The translations under genes were made by a program, and so were the position numbers. A DNA stretch of 64,000 bases from Lama glama (lineage: Eukaryota), in assembly GCA_028534125.1 (NCBI GenBank), contig CM052817.1, forward strand, positions 102,736,001 through 102,800,000. The letters run 5' to 3'. The notes below the pieces were generated by a model. It was not told where the DNA came from. It saw only the letters and a program-made list of their open reading frames with translations, and did no database searches. Below are positions 1-12,199 of the stretch, one piece after another (within the stretch, counting starts at the first letter, position 1; each line of letters begins with the position of its first letter).

Positions 1-490
1 CACCAGCTAGGCGTCTTACAAGTCAACTCAAGCTTGATGCTAGCTACCTGCGGGTAGCATTGGACCCACAGGTTAAGGGCTCAGTCCCACGAGGTTGCAC
101 TCCCCCCCACACTTCAGATGGGGTCACAATTCGGGTTATGCTTGTGCTTCTGATCCATCGGCTGTAGATTTGAGGTTCCAATGACACCCTCTTTGGGTCT
201 GATCAATTTGCTAGAGTGGCTCACAGAGCGCAGGAAACATTTTTACTCTCTAGATTGCCAGTTCATTATAAAAGGGTATAACTAAGGAACAGCCAGGTGG
301 AAGAGATGCACAGGGAAAGGTAAGGGCAAAAGAGCGCAGGAAACCCATGCCCTCCCCAGGCATGCCGCTCTGACTGAGTCTCCCCCGGGGAGCTCTCTGA
401 ACCCTGTCCTTTTGGGTTTTTATGGAGGCTCTATCATGTAGGCACACTGATTAAATCATGGCTCACTAGCAATTGGTTCAGCCTCCTCAT
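1..490. mobile_element. Degenerate LTR, MER21-like
   Basis: Motifs 'cccacaggttaagggctcagtcccac', 'aatttgctagagtggctcacaga' and 'ggaagagatgcacaggg' resemble MER21-family LTRs, recognised from memory. Confidence 0.6.
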
Positions 491-870
491 GGATATTAAT
501 GGTTATGTAGTGGTTTTAGCAGCAGCCAAGCCTCATATCCTCCTGGAAGACTTCAAAGTGTGGAAGAAGGGAGCGGACTCTTGTGAGAATTTTGCAGAAG
601 TCTTCCCTTCAAGCCCTGTGGGCCAGCATGGGTCATATGCCCAAGCTGCAAAAGTGACTGAAAAAACAAATAGATGGGAGGTAGGCTCTGCCAATAAGAA
701 AGGAGGAGGTAAGAGTAACCTTAAAACAGAAGGAACTACATCACTACCTGTTGCTTCATAACAGACTACTGCAACATACACTGGATGAAAACCATGTGTT
801 ACTTACAAAGAATCCGCGGGTCGCATGACCTGTGCCAGGGTCAGCTGATCTTGGCTAGTGGAGCTGCTTT

Positions 871-1111
871 TTGAGAGCTTGATTGGAGGCTCTAGTAGGG
901 GAGCGCAGCTACTTGTACACCCTTGACCGAGAAGAATGGTCCTCTTCTATCGGGGAAGGTCCTCCTCTTCCACTGAGCGTGCAGCTTCGGGAGGGACGCG
1001 CGTGGAGCAGTGATGGAGGAAGGGGACACCCGCCTAGCCAGCCAGATCTGCCAAATCAACCCTGGCGATCAATGGGGTGACAGACGGCACAGCCAGATCA
1101 CCCTCACATCC
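871..1111 (-). pseudogene. RN7SK: 7SK snRNA retropseudogene, 3'-truncated (first ~240 nt)
   Basis: Reverse complement begins GGATGTGAGGGTGATCTGGCTGTGCCGTCTGTCACCCCATTGATCGCCAGGGTTGATTTGGCAGATCTGGCTGGCTAGGCGGGTGTCCCC, the 7SK 5' end, and ends at AAGCTCTCAA. It is flanked by imperfect 15-bp direct repeats at 858-872 and 1112-1126. Confidence 0.95.
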
Positions 1112-4022
1112 GTGGACCAGCTTTTTAAAGCTAGTAGAGAACCACTGGGAGCCCTGGATCAATCTTCTCTGAAGAATTTCTCCTTATTTTTCTTTTTCGT
1201 CTTATCATTTGGTGCTGAAACCAGATACGGATGTCGTGCTGCCATGAAGTTAAGAGTCCTGGCCACCTCATAACACCAGTCCTGGATGAAGCTCATGGAG
1301 GCTTATCTTTAGTTCCGGGGCCTGGCGTTTAGTGGTAGGGTGGCTGTCTTTCTGGGTGGAACAAGCATGGATCAAGTTCACTGCCGAGTTGCTGGTGCGC
1401 ATCTGATCGTACTGATGAGTGTGTGAGGGAGGACTCCCCTGGGAGGTCTCTGGTGACCTAGTTTGCTTAAAGAACTGAAACATGTAAATAAATTACACCT
1501 CAGAGTGGAGACTTACTATACTAACCACAATGAACAGGCAATATATTCCCCATGAAATACATGCCGTTTGAAAGAAAAACTAGTTCAACAACTTCACCGC
1601 ATGACTTACTTATGGTTTATAGAATTCTTTGCTCACTTTATCAGTACACTCTAGCGTCTATGTTTTAGAATATATTCATAGGTCTTCACTTACTAGCGCC
1701 ATGTGCACCTTTGTTTCTGTGTGGTCTCTGCCTTCAATGACCCCGTTTGTAGCAGGTGGGTGTAGTTTCGGTTTAGTTTTACTACTGGACATGGAAATAA
1801 TTTGGAGATAGAGGTCTTGTCAAATTCCAACACAGCTGTTCAATTAATCTCCCTTCTTCATAGACAGGAGAAAGCTGAGACTCATTGAAAAAGTCAGAAA
1901 AAGGCTAACTGAGTCACCTAAGATTCAATAGCCAAATTATGAGTATGGGATTAGACTTCAAGAATATCCTGTCTTTTGCAGACAATACGAAAGGAGAACG
2001 GCCAGCAGTGAACACATTTCTCTCCATGGATATCCCATCCTACTGGTCTTCACACTGTGGACTCAGACCCTAGTCACAGGAGAGAAAAAGGTAGAAGAGA
2101 CTGTCGGTTGCTTGCTCTAACCGGTCAGAATAAGTTAAAGTCTTATAACTTCTGTGACTTCTTCACCAGGACTGAGTTTTGGAAAAGATGATTTACATCA
2201 GGAGAGGCGGCGTCTGGTGGGGGCAATGAGTGTCAGCATCACAGGGAGCCGAGTCTTGGGTATATGCTGTCCAGACTGGAAGCTGTACCCTCTCCAGGTT
2301 GTCCTAAGTAACTACTTACCTGCTTATGAATTTTAGTAAATAGAACCCAAGTAAAACACTTCTCTCCTCTACAGCCTCATGTCGATGTTATCATAATAAA
2401 CTGCCATTGAAAACACTACGCGCAGAAGACACTGTATTTGAAAATACTAAGTATGTGGGAGTCTGGATAAAAGGTGTGAGCTTGGAGGAAATCTTCAGAC
2501 ACAAGAGAGCTGATTCTTGATCACTGCTTCAGTGATGTGAAATAATCAGTGCTCTTGTATTTAGCCAAAAGGAAGAGAACCGAGCATCAAAATCATAGAT
2601 TGTAAGAACAGGAAGGGAGCTTTAAAAATATGCTGGCCCAACTCCTTTCTTTTAATGATAGGAACTTAGGCTCGAAGAGGAGTACAGAACACTCAGTGTG
2701 AGACAGGAGCAGCGCCATTGATTGCAAGTGGTTAGCTTTTTGTGTTCATTCATTAAAATATTAACCACTTCCTGAGATTAAGAGATGTAATCTTAAACGA
2801 ATTCTGAGGAAAATACACAAGAGTCTTCACCTGTCTGTCCAGCCACATATCCTCCATTCCTCTACTCAGTCAGCATCACCAAACGTCTCCTCCTGTTTAC
2901 TCAAACCTCTTTGTTTTTGCTTTTGTTGCTGGTACTTTATAAAATAATTTATACCTTACAATAGCACATATGAGTACATGGTAGAAAATTCCAGAGGTAC
3001 CAAAGGGTATATAGAATGAAAATTATGTCTCTTTTTCCCCTGTGTCCCCCTCACTCACTTCCCCTTTCTGGAGATAATCAGTCCCTAGCGTTTGTGCATC
3101 TGTACAAAGGTATTCTGTGGTTTTATAAATCTACATCCGTGTACAAATGGATAATCTTTGGTTCCTACCAAAAGTTAACACGCTCCACATCTTATTCAGC
3201 ATCTTATCTTTCGGAACTTAAACTTCTGAGTTGAATCCTCAATTTGACAGTAATTTGTTAGATTAATAAATTCTCTCTTCACCTGGGCTATAGTAGACTC
3301 AACTTGTAACTTAACCTGAGTCCTCCCTTGAATTATATTCTACAATCCAATTACAGAAGTTTCACCCGGGCATTCAGGGGTCTTCAGAGCCAGTTTCTAT
3401 GCAATCTGTAGCCTGATTTCATGCCACTCCCCAACTTACACTTTAATACCACTCTGCCTGTTTCCTTGATGCTCCTTGGAGGCTGAGGCCCATCCCTGCT
3501 CTGAGCCTACTGAGAGCAACCCCTTCTCATCTCTCTGCACTGTATTCCTTGAGGCCCAGTTCAGTTATCATTTCCTCCATGGAGACTTCACAACTATCCC
3601 AGCACATCCTTTTCTCACCCTTCATCAAATTCTCTACTAATGTTTGCATTTTGGGAGTCATTTTTACACACTCACATACTTTCCTTTATTTGTCTTCAAT
3701 TATGTTCAGCTTTTAGTCAAAGAGTATTTATTATTAGCTATGTTTGACTGGCTAGTGAGGGTTTTCATAAATCATGTGACATCTCTGGACTTATTTCCAC
3801 ATCTATAGAATGAGAATGTAAGTAGCTGCTTTCCAGAGAAGCAATATGAAGTAGCAGCAATTTCATGGAACTTAGAGTCTGATAGATCAGACTTGCATTA
3901 CTAAATTTGCAACTTACTTTATCCCTTGGGCCAATTAGGAAATTGTTCTGAATCCACTTTTTTTAATCTTCAAAAAAATCTTATGAGATTACTGGTGTAA
4001 GATATTGATATAAATCTTTAAG

Positions 4023-4566
4023 TGAAAGGATTCAGAAAAAAGAAAGAAAGCTAAAACAAACAAAAAACCCAGATGGCCCTAAACCAGCTGAGAACCAAGA
4101 TGGTGACACATTTGACCTCCAACAGACTGTGAGTCTCCTTATACACTGATTTTACTACGTTAGCATATTAAATGGCACACCCTCCAGTGACCAGAATAGG
4201 ACATTAAGGACCAAAAAAGGATAAAAAAGGGGGTGGAACACTGCTCCGTCAGAAAAAGCCCCGCCCCTTCTTCAGCAGCAAATGCTTATGCCTCCCCATC
4301 ACTAACCACACTCCCCCTCCCTTGGTCTTTACTCTTTAAAATAAACTCTTCTCAGCAGGTGGGCAAGAAGTTGATCCGTAAGCTTTGTTCCTGCTCCGCC
4401 ATCCTTTGGCCACTGAATAAAGCATGTGCCGTGTCGATCTCAGCTTCAGTTTTATTATTTCACTGCTCAAACCCAGATGGAAAAAGAAACCTCCCACTGA
4501 AGCAGAGCCCCAGCTGGGCTAGGGCCTGAGCAGGGTCCATTCAACTTAATTCTCAATTTGGTAACA
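4023..4566 (+). mobile_element. Probable solo ERV LTR
   Basis: TG...AACA ends, a GC box (4259), a TATA-like tract (~4336) and AATAAA (~4416) in U3-R-U5 order. Boundaries are approximate and there is no clear TSD. Confidence 0.5.
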
Positions 4567-4754
4567 GAATCAATTTAACTTGGAGACCTGCAATATGTGG
4601 TGGAGAGGGAGCAGTCAATGAGGAATTTTAAGGATCTGGCTTGTGGGACCTGGAGGTGGTTGTGCCAAGTTATTTGCTGAGATAAGAAGTGAGGGAAGAG
4701 ACTGAGGTCTGGGAATGAATTACAAGGGTAGGAAAGGAAAAATGGGTCTGGGGA

Positions 4755-5030
4755 TGTTACTGAATGCAAGTTCATGTGCCTGACACACAAGCTGAAATGT
4801 CAGAGTTTGGAGCAGAGTGTTTATTGCAGGGCCAAGCAAGGAGACCAGGTGGCTTGTGCTCAAAAACCACTGAACTCCTCCATGGTTTTCAGGGAGAAGT
4901 TTTTATAGGCAGAATTTGAGGGGAGGGCTGCAGGGTGTGTGTGTTCTTCTGATTGGTTGGTGGTGAGGTCACAGGGCGGTGCTCCAGTAATCTTGTGCTC
5001 AGCCTGAAATAACACTTGGCCAGGTGATTT
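4755..5030 (-). mobile_element. ERV LTR fragment
   Basis: Begins 'tgttac'. On the minus strand there is a CCAAT box (gattgg ~4951), TATAAAA (ttttata ~4901) and AATAAA (tttatt ~4820) in LTR order. Confidence 0.6.
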
Positions 5031-6165
5031 TACTAAATGTAAAATCACTGTTTGGTTTTGATAACACTCTCTCTTCTGATTTTCAGAGCAAATCAAAACA
5101 CAGCACATCGAAGTCTGATTTATATCAAATTGCCAGCTTTACTGGTGGAGCTAAGCTACAGAACAAGACTGGAATCCGTAGCCCACTGTGCTCATCCTTC
5201 TGGTCTGGGTTAGAGAGAGTCATCCATTTAGTCATGATACAGAGGAGTCCCTCCCACTCCCTTTGTGACGCTTCGTCCCACCAGTACCAGAGAGGAGTCA
5301 GGACAAGAAGGGAAGCTTAGCTAGGAATCATCTGGCTCCTTTTCTCTGATCTGCTCCAGCAGATTACGGAGGAGCAATGATCTCCACATACTTACCCCTT
5401 CTGAACTGTGTGGTGGAAGTTCCGTAACTGCAGTGAAACAGGGGGCCAAGTGCTCTTCCCTAAAAACAACACAGTAAACTCCCTGCTGAAATCCTGAAGG
5501 GTCACATCTCCTCCCATCCTAGCATATCCCCCAAAACACAGCATAGTGCCATGAACATTCAACACACATTTGTGAAGGGAATAAAACCAAATGAATAAAA
5601 TGACACTGGCCCTATTATCTTTAGCCATAAATTATACAATTCAAAGATATGCAAATAAAAATTCTTGCGATTAAAGTGTTGTGTAGATTCAAAAGGGCAA
5701 CTTCTTTTTTCACATTTCACTTTCTGTGAAATTGGACGCATCTTATATATATAATTCCTGTGTGTTTCAGCTTAATCGGCAGTTTTCTTCTTTCTTAGCA
5801 GTACATAAAATAATGCTGTATCTTTGCTATGTCTTACAATTGAGTTTTAGACCCAACACAATATATCTGAAAAACTTAAAATTATTTCCTTATCCATTGC
5901 TGAAGAAAACATGTCTCACACACACACACTCTTTATCACACCTGAAGCAGGGCCTTCTGACATCCCTGCTCAATATGGTGATAAATTCCTCTTTCTACTG
6001 TTTTGAGTTGAGTCCTGACTATAAGTACTATATTTGTCAGTTTTTGCTATTAGCACCATTTCCTGGTGTTAGGAAGCCTTCCCTGATGCCCTCAGGTAAA
6101 CTTATGTGCCCACTTTCCTGTGTTCTTACCTTTTTATACACCTCCCCACTGAACTGTAATGCCTT

Positions 6166-6499
6166 TGCTATGGCCTGGATGTCTGTGCCCCCAACCGATG
6201 CTTGTGTTAACCCGAAGGTATTAGGGAATGGGGCCTTTGGGAAGTAATTAGTTCATGAGGGTTGAACCTTCATGAATAGGACTAGTGCCCTTAAAAAGAT
6301 GCTCTGTAAGCTCCCTTTCCCCTTCCACCATATAAAATTACACTGAGAGGTCTGCAACCCAGAAGAGGGCCCTGGCAGACCATGTGGGCACTATGATCTC
6401 AGACCTCAGCCTCGGGAGCTGTGAGAAACAGGTGTCTGTTGGTTACAAGCCGCCCAGTCTGCGGCATTTGGTTGCAGCAGGGCAAGTGGACTCAGACTG
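6166..6499 (+). mobile_element. MaLR LTR (MLT1A/MST-like)
   Basis: 'tgctatgg...tgtctgtgccccc...ggtattagg...ggggcctttgggaagtaatta' at the start and 'aagccgcccagtctgcggcattt...gcagcag' at the end are typical of MaLR LTRs. Confidence 0.7.
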
Positions 6500-6659
6500 T
6501 CCTGGAGGACTGGTGCTAGGTCTCTGGACTGTCATAGCCTCACTTACCATCACAGTAAAATATATGTTACCCACGATGAATTGGGTGGATAAATAAAATG
6601 ATCTGCTAAGGAACAAACACTGAATAATACAATGAGTAGGAAAAGCATTACAGAGGGCT

Positions 6660-6860
6660 CAATTTATGCCAAGATTGCTCTGAGCACTTCAGGTACAGGA
6701 ACTCATTTAATTGCCTTAAACCCCTACTGGTGGTTCAACTACTGTCCCCATTTTACAGATTAATAAAATGAGAACAGAGAGGGCGTGTGCCCATGGACCT
6801 AAACTCTGGCTTGTGGGATTAAAGCAGGAGCACCCTGACTCCAAAATTCATGATTTTAGT
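6660..6860 (-). mobile_element. MIR SINE fragment
   Basis: Core 'ccccattttacagat...aaatgaga.cagagagg' with flanking MIR-like sequence. Confidence 0.55.
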
Positions 6861-7639
6861 CATTTTAATGTTAAAATTAAAAAAAAATACCCTGTAGAAA
6901 TTACTTTCTACACCCACTACCAATGTGACCATTACCTGATAAAGTGAAAGAGTTTAATAATTATACTTTTTACAAAGGACAAGCAAGAACAAAGGAAAAC
7001 TTTCAGGTTCTAGTGTTTTTGTAAAGCATTAAATGACACTCAGCGATATCTCACCACATTGAAAATATTAAGTTCTAAACTTTGTAATAAAAAGTCTAAA
7101 ACTTTTGAGAAAGATAAAGCTAAGCTCATGAACCACATTCCTTCTTTCATGAATGGCTCATTCATTTACACATTTATACATTCAAATACTTAATGAATTC
7201 TACATGCTAGGCACTAACCAATAGCCTCAACTTTTTTTTCAACCTGAATAACATACGAATAATAATTTTAGTGTATTTTATACCAAAATTCCACTTCCAG
7301 AAGCACTGTCAAGTTTTCAGAAAGAAAAAAAGTAAGTCTACATATTATCAAAATGTTTTGTTTTATAATCAAATGTAAATGACTACCTATTTTGTCGATT
7401 ATTTTAATAATACATATACTGAATTGCAAATGATTAGCAATTGCCTAAAAATACAGTATTGCACATTTAGAATCCTGGTGCCATCTTGTGGTCAAATACA
7501 GTATTTCCCTATTCGTTTTAATTTGTCGCAGGTTTTTTAAAAAAGGTATTAAATAGGCAGATTATTGCTGATTATCTACCATAAAGTTCTAATTATATAC
7601 TTCTGTCTATTTAAGAATAACTTTTAGCTTCTATGAACA

Positions 7640-7730
7640 AATATATGTATGTATATACATGACTGGGACATTGTGCTGTACACGAGAGATTGACACATTT
7701 TAATTGACTGTACAATTTTAAAAAAAGTGA
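7640..7730 (+). mobile_element. L1 3'-terminal fragment with A tail
   Basis: 'atatatgtatgtatatacatgactgggacattgtgctgtacac...attgacaca...gactgtacaattttaaaaaaa' resembles an artiodactyl L1 3' end. Confidence 0.65.
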
Positions 7731-9259
7731 GCAAAAATGTAAAAAAAATTAGCTTCTATGATATGCTCACATTTTCTTATTAATCTAATGAAAAGCTTTT
7801 CAGAATCAGGACAAACATAATCCACAAAAAGAGGTTTCTAAACTCAATTAGGGCCAAGGAACACCGCCTACTCTATCTTTCTTGAAGAGTCACTTGTGCA
7901 TATTTCTTTATTAATGGCTCCAAGAAGTTCTCTCATAATCAAATCAGTTTAAAATTTCTATGACTCTGTTTTCTCCTTAATACCAGTGAACAAACAGTGG
8001 AATGTACTTTGGGAAATAGTGACATACGGAATTAAGTCACTGTTTGATTACATTTCCTTTCTCTGCATTTTTGATTCTACTTGGTACACTGGGAAGGTGC
8101 ATTTTAGCACGTTAATTCTGTTTCTAATTAGGCCTTGTGCTTATGTTTTTGTAGAATTTTACAGTTTGAGACATACTTTAGTAGATTCTTAAAACAATTC
8201 CGTGGGAAGGAAGGACAGGATCCCCCTCCTCATGAGGACAGTAAGGCTAACCCTATCTTTAATTGACATCCAGTGGCTTTTTCCCTACTATCCCTGCTTG
8301 CTCATATCTTCTCCCCACTTGAAAGTAGATGGGATTGTGAGGGTGGAAAAAAGAATGGGTCCCTAATACATGGATGAAATAAAGCTCTGCCTGAGGTTAC
8401 CAGTGCTATCTAATACGCAAAATATGAAATATTTACCAGTACCGTATTTAATGATGATATAAAGGAAAGAGATTTTTATTAAGGTTAGCATCAGCTACTT
8501 TTTTTTCTATTAAAAACAGAAAAAGACTGGAAAGCCCCCAAACCCTTAAGCTTCCACGCCCTTCTCTCTGCGTGACAGCCCAGGGGATGCCACAGCGCTT
8601 GGTGCCTGCTTTACGCCATCTCTGCTGCCCTGTGCCCAGAGCTCAGTACAACTGCAGAGAAACTATTGTAATATCACACCAGGAAATTCCCCTCAGAAAA
8701 CTGAGGTTTAGCAGGTTTTCCTGGGGAACAGAGAAACCAATTGGAGACTCTCTTTTCTTAAGGAAGGTCCAGAGGCTTCAACAGTGACATCAGCGACAAA
8801 ACGGCCCCTTCAAATACACAAACATCAAACAAATATTCTAGCAAATAGTTGCGTGAAAATGACTGTTTTAAGGACTCGCCCCAATGCTGCTATAATCCTC
8901 ATATCTGGAGTGTGAGATGAATTAGAAAGGACTCCTTTGTGGCTCCACTGCTAAAAACAACAATGGAGCTCATAGCCTAGGCGAGGCTGGTCCCAAGAGC
9001 TTCGGAGCCACAGCTGTGGATGACTGAAGGTACTGTGGCCTCCCATCAGCCATCAGCTGAGATGACAACACTGAATATACAACTGGACATCAGAATTATG
9101 GCATTTCTCTATGGTTCTATTAATTTTGATTTATATCTAAAATTTTAAAAGCCTGATTTTTTCCTAAATATTTACTAGCTACTATCTAAAAATATTTTGT
9201 GATTGATTATCTTAAAATAAATTCTCAAGAAATTCAATTATAGTATCCTAACCAACTAC

Positions 9260-9581
9260 CTGGAGATGAGCTTTTGATTGGAAGTATTCTGGGTTTAGTT
9301 TCTGTTTTAATTTGCTCTTTTTCAGGTCCTTGTTGTTTACTTTGAGATTCCGATAAGCGATTCACCGCCATGTCTTCACCTCCAGTAGGTGCCATCTCCT
9401 CATCGTTTCTGATGGCGGCTACTGGCTCATCTTGCCTCACATCATTGTTTGATTTCTTGGTTTTCAAAAAAGACACTTTTGGAGAATTCTTTTTTTCATC
9501 ATCTGATATATGAAAATCATGTATGTTTTTCTTAAGTGAATTTTCATCTACTGAGGAGTTAGAAAAAATCACCTAAGGGAA
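9260..9581 (-). pseudogene. MAP9: MAP9 third coding exon (exon 4 equivalent), 1-nt insertion near 5' end
   Basis: Overlaps ORF 9234..9572. The donor G|GTAGTT at 9259-9258 is intact. The orthologous acceptor position reads GA instead of AG, with an alternative AG 9 nt downstream. A T6 run where the GDFS frame needs T5 gives TAA at 9561-9559. Confidence 0.8.
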
Positions 9582-10663
9582 TCAAAAAATAAAACAGGAA
9601 AAAATGCTTTCAACAGAATATTTTAAAGTTTTAAAGGTTACATTAATCAAAAAGATTAAAGACTAGAAATGAACTTACAACTATGAATAGATGTGCAGCT
9701 CTAAAAAACAGTTAAAGTAGGCAGTTTTTATTGGCATTTATAAAATAAAAATTTCAACTTCATTCTTTTATTCAAAACATACTTATCAAGTGTGAATGGT
9801 ATGTCAAGCTAAGCAGTGTGTTTCCTCTGAGAAAAGTCATCCAAAGGTTCTTCAAAATAACAGTCACGGAGATTTAAATTAGATTTTGGACTGGAAAGCT
9901 TTTATTTGCAAAACTTCATCACACAAAATCAAGAATATTCACAAATAGAAGAATTTGCTAACTATATGTTTTTCCATAAAAAATTTGGAACTACAATTCC
10001 ATCTATACCAGAAGATTAGATTTTACTATGAGAAGAATAATAAAGAACGCTAACCTAGCTATATAGCAATGAGTTACCAATTGTTCTGATTACTTTTACA
10101 GAGAGCATTGAGTTTTTTACTGAATATTCAGGTATAAAACACTGAATTTCCAATTTAGAATTTCGTATGTTTATCCTGAAATGCAACATGTTAGTATTTT
10201 TACATAATCGAAAGAAGTCAAATTAATCGTTATAGTACTGATTGAGTTTTTAAAACAGATCCCCTTTCACAGCCAAAACACGTGATTTATAAAAAGCACT
10301 ATAAAAGAGATTCTGATGTGCACCAAGTTTAGCTCTATGGGCCCTAGTTATGGACTCTCTGTATGTCTCATAGGATTGACCTTGAAGATGAACTTGTCCT
10401 CTCCAGTGCGGTTTATCACTGACAAATCAGTCTGCTGTCAGTTAATTTTCATTTTCATATACACATTCAGAAACAACCAAGGACAATCATACAAATTCTT
10501 GAAAATTAAGAGTGGCTTTTTACTCATTAAAAAGTTGGAGATCTAAAGCCAGTGAATTCATAGACATTATTTTAACTTAGTGATTTTCTTGGAGGGTTGG
10601 GCTAAATGAAACTACAGAAGCAAAGAGAAGAAATGTGGTTTCCTTTCCCATCTTCTCATGTAC

Positions 10664-10746
10664 CAGTCTCATCACTCAAAGTCATCTGCATATTCAGAAC
10701 TCCTTTGTCTGGCCGAGCGAGCTGTAATTGCTTTTATTAGCTCATC
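10664..10746 (-). pseudogene. MAP9: MAP9 second coding exon (exon 3 equivalent), frameshifted
   Basis: Reads GAT GAG CTA ATA AAA GCA ATT ACA GCT CGC TCG GCC AGA CAA AGG AGT TCT GAA TAT GCA GAT GAC TTT GAG TGA. The acceptor reads tttcaa|GAT. The donor G|GTACAT is intact. Confidence 0.85.
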
Positions 10747-11468
10747 TTGAAATGAGATAATTAAAATCAATTTCCCTTCAGATATGGAGGTCTCATATTT
10801 AATTCTTGAAACAAATAATTCTTGATTAATATCTGCTTTAAAGCTTAGGTTTCATTCATCTAGCAAATATTCACTGAAAGCCTACCTTATTCCGTGCACC
10901 CAATCCCTCAGACTCAATGCAGAACATCACAGACATGAGCCCTCCCTCATGGCGCGTACAGTTAAATTAAAGGAGACTGACAATACCAAGTAAATTCATT
11001 GAGAAGCTCCGTGTCGACAGAGTTCATCATAAACTGGCATTTTGGGAGAAAATGGTATCCTTTATGATCTTTTGTTTCAACTATTGCTGTTAGCAGATAT
11101 AATCAATACTACAAATTTAGAGGCGGAGTTCAACACTGTAGAGACTGGACAGAAAAAGCTTAAATATTACTATGCTATACCAGAAAAAAAGATTTTTAAA
11201 TTAATATGAAAATAGCAATTTGAAGTTGTTATTCAACTTTTAAAAGCTAATTTAACTTGTAATTTAGTAAGATCCCAGTATTGATAGTCTTAAAGCCACA
11301 CAGAAGAGTCGGTAATCCTGGAACCCAAATACAGTCAACTCAGAATCTCAAAAGAAATGTGAGATTTACTCCAGCTTTACATAGGGCAGTTCTGGAATCA
11401 CTTTCAAGTCCAAAATTCCTAGCACAGTGTTTACCTTGTAAAACCATTCAAAATAAAAACCACTTTAC

Positions 11469-11543
11469 CTGGAAAGTAGTTCTTTTGATGACTTTTGGAC
11501 TCTTTGTATATGCCAAAGGTGTGCTGAAAACTTCATCAGACAC
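11469..11543 (-). pseudogene. MAP9: MAP9 first coding segment (exon 2 equivalent), GTG at the start-codon position
   Basis: GTG TCT GAT GAA GTT TTC AGC ... ACT TTC CAG|GTAAAG, 25 codons. A candidate acceptor tttcag| ends at 11625. Confidence 0.85.
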
Positions 11544-12199
11544 AGTGTGTATTTCTTTGTTTTAATTCTCTACCTTTATAAAATGGCTGACAAATGATAG
11601 GACTATTTCATCCTCCGATGGTGGCTGAAATATATAAAAAACAAATCAGACTTTTTTGCATGCTTGAGAATTTCTATTACTACATTTATTGCTCCATCCC
11701 CTTTTCAAAAAAAAAAAAAAGAAAAGCATCATATGAACACTGAACTACATCTTCACTTAAAAATGAAGAGTTCTTGTAAAGAAATAGCAAGTTCTACTAA
11801 AAACTTTGCTTAAAAAAATTCAAATTGAACTTGTCCTAAAATAGTTTTACAATTAAGGATGAGCAAATAAATGAGTGCAATAGATTGTTACCAGTTAAGA
11901 CACAAACTTCCTCTGTTCCATTCAAAAAGGATAATATTGCCTACAAAACAGTCATACTTATTTAAATGGCTACCAAAAGGACTGTTGTCAGCAGGAAGTG
12001 TATAACTAAGACCAATCACCACTAAAAACAAGGGGGGGAGAAAAAAGCTTGCGCACAGCTCTAGGAAAGAAAAAAATTATAAATAGCGATGTTCTTCCAG
12101 TCACTCTTCCCTCTCACAAGAGCGTTGATAGTACTGGATGAAACAAAACGAGGCTTCCGCGATGGGCTGCATTAAAGTCCCTGTACACACGGTCCCATG

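Noticed and set aside
871..1111. Functional 7SK gene
   Set aside because: It lacks the 3' ~90 nt and terminator, has many substitutions, has a TSD, and shows no evident upstream PSE/TATA.
1140..1483. Coding-looking stretch beside the 7SK copy (ORF 1268..1483)
   Set aside because: I could not recognise any protein or consistent splice signals; blastx would be needed.
5726..6247. 173-aa ORF
   Set aside because: GTG start, no domain, and it runs into a MaLR LTR; likely chance.
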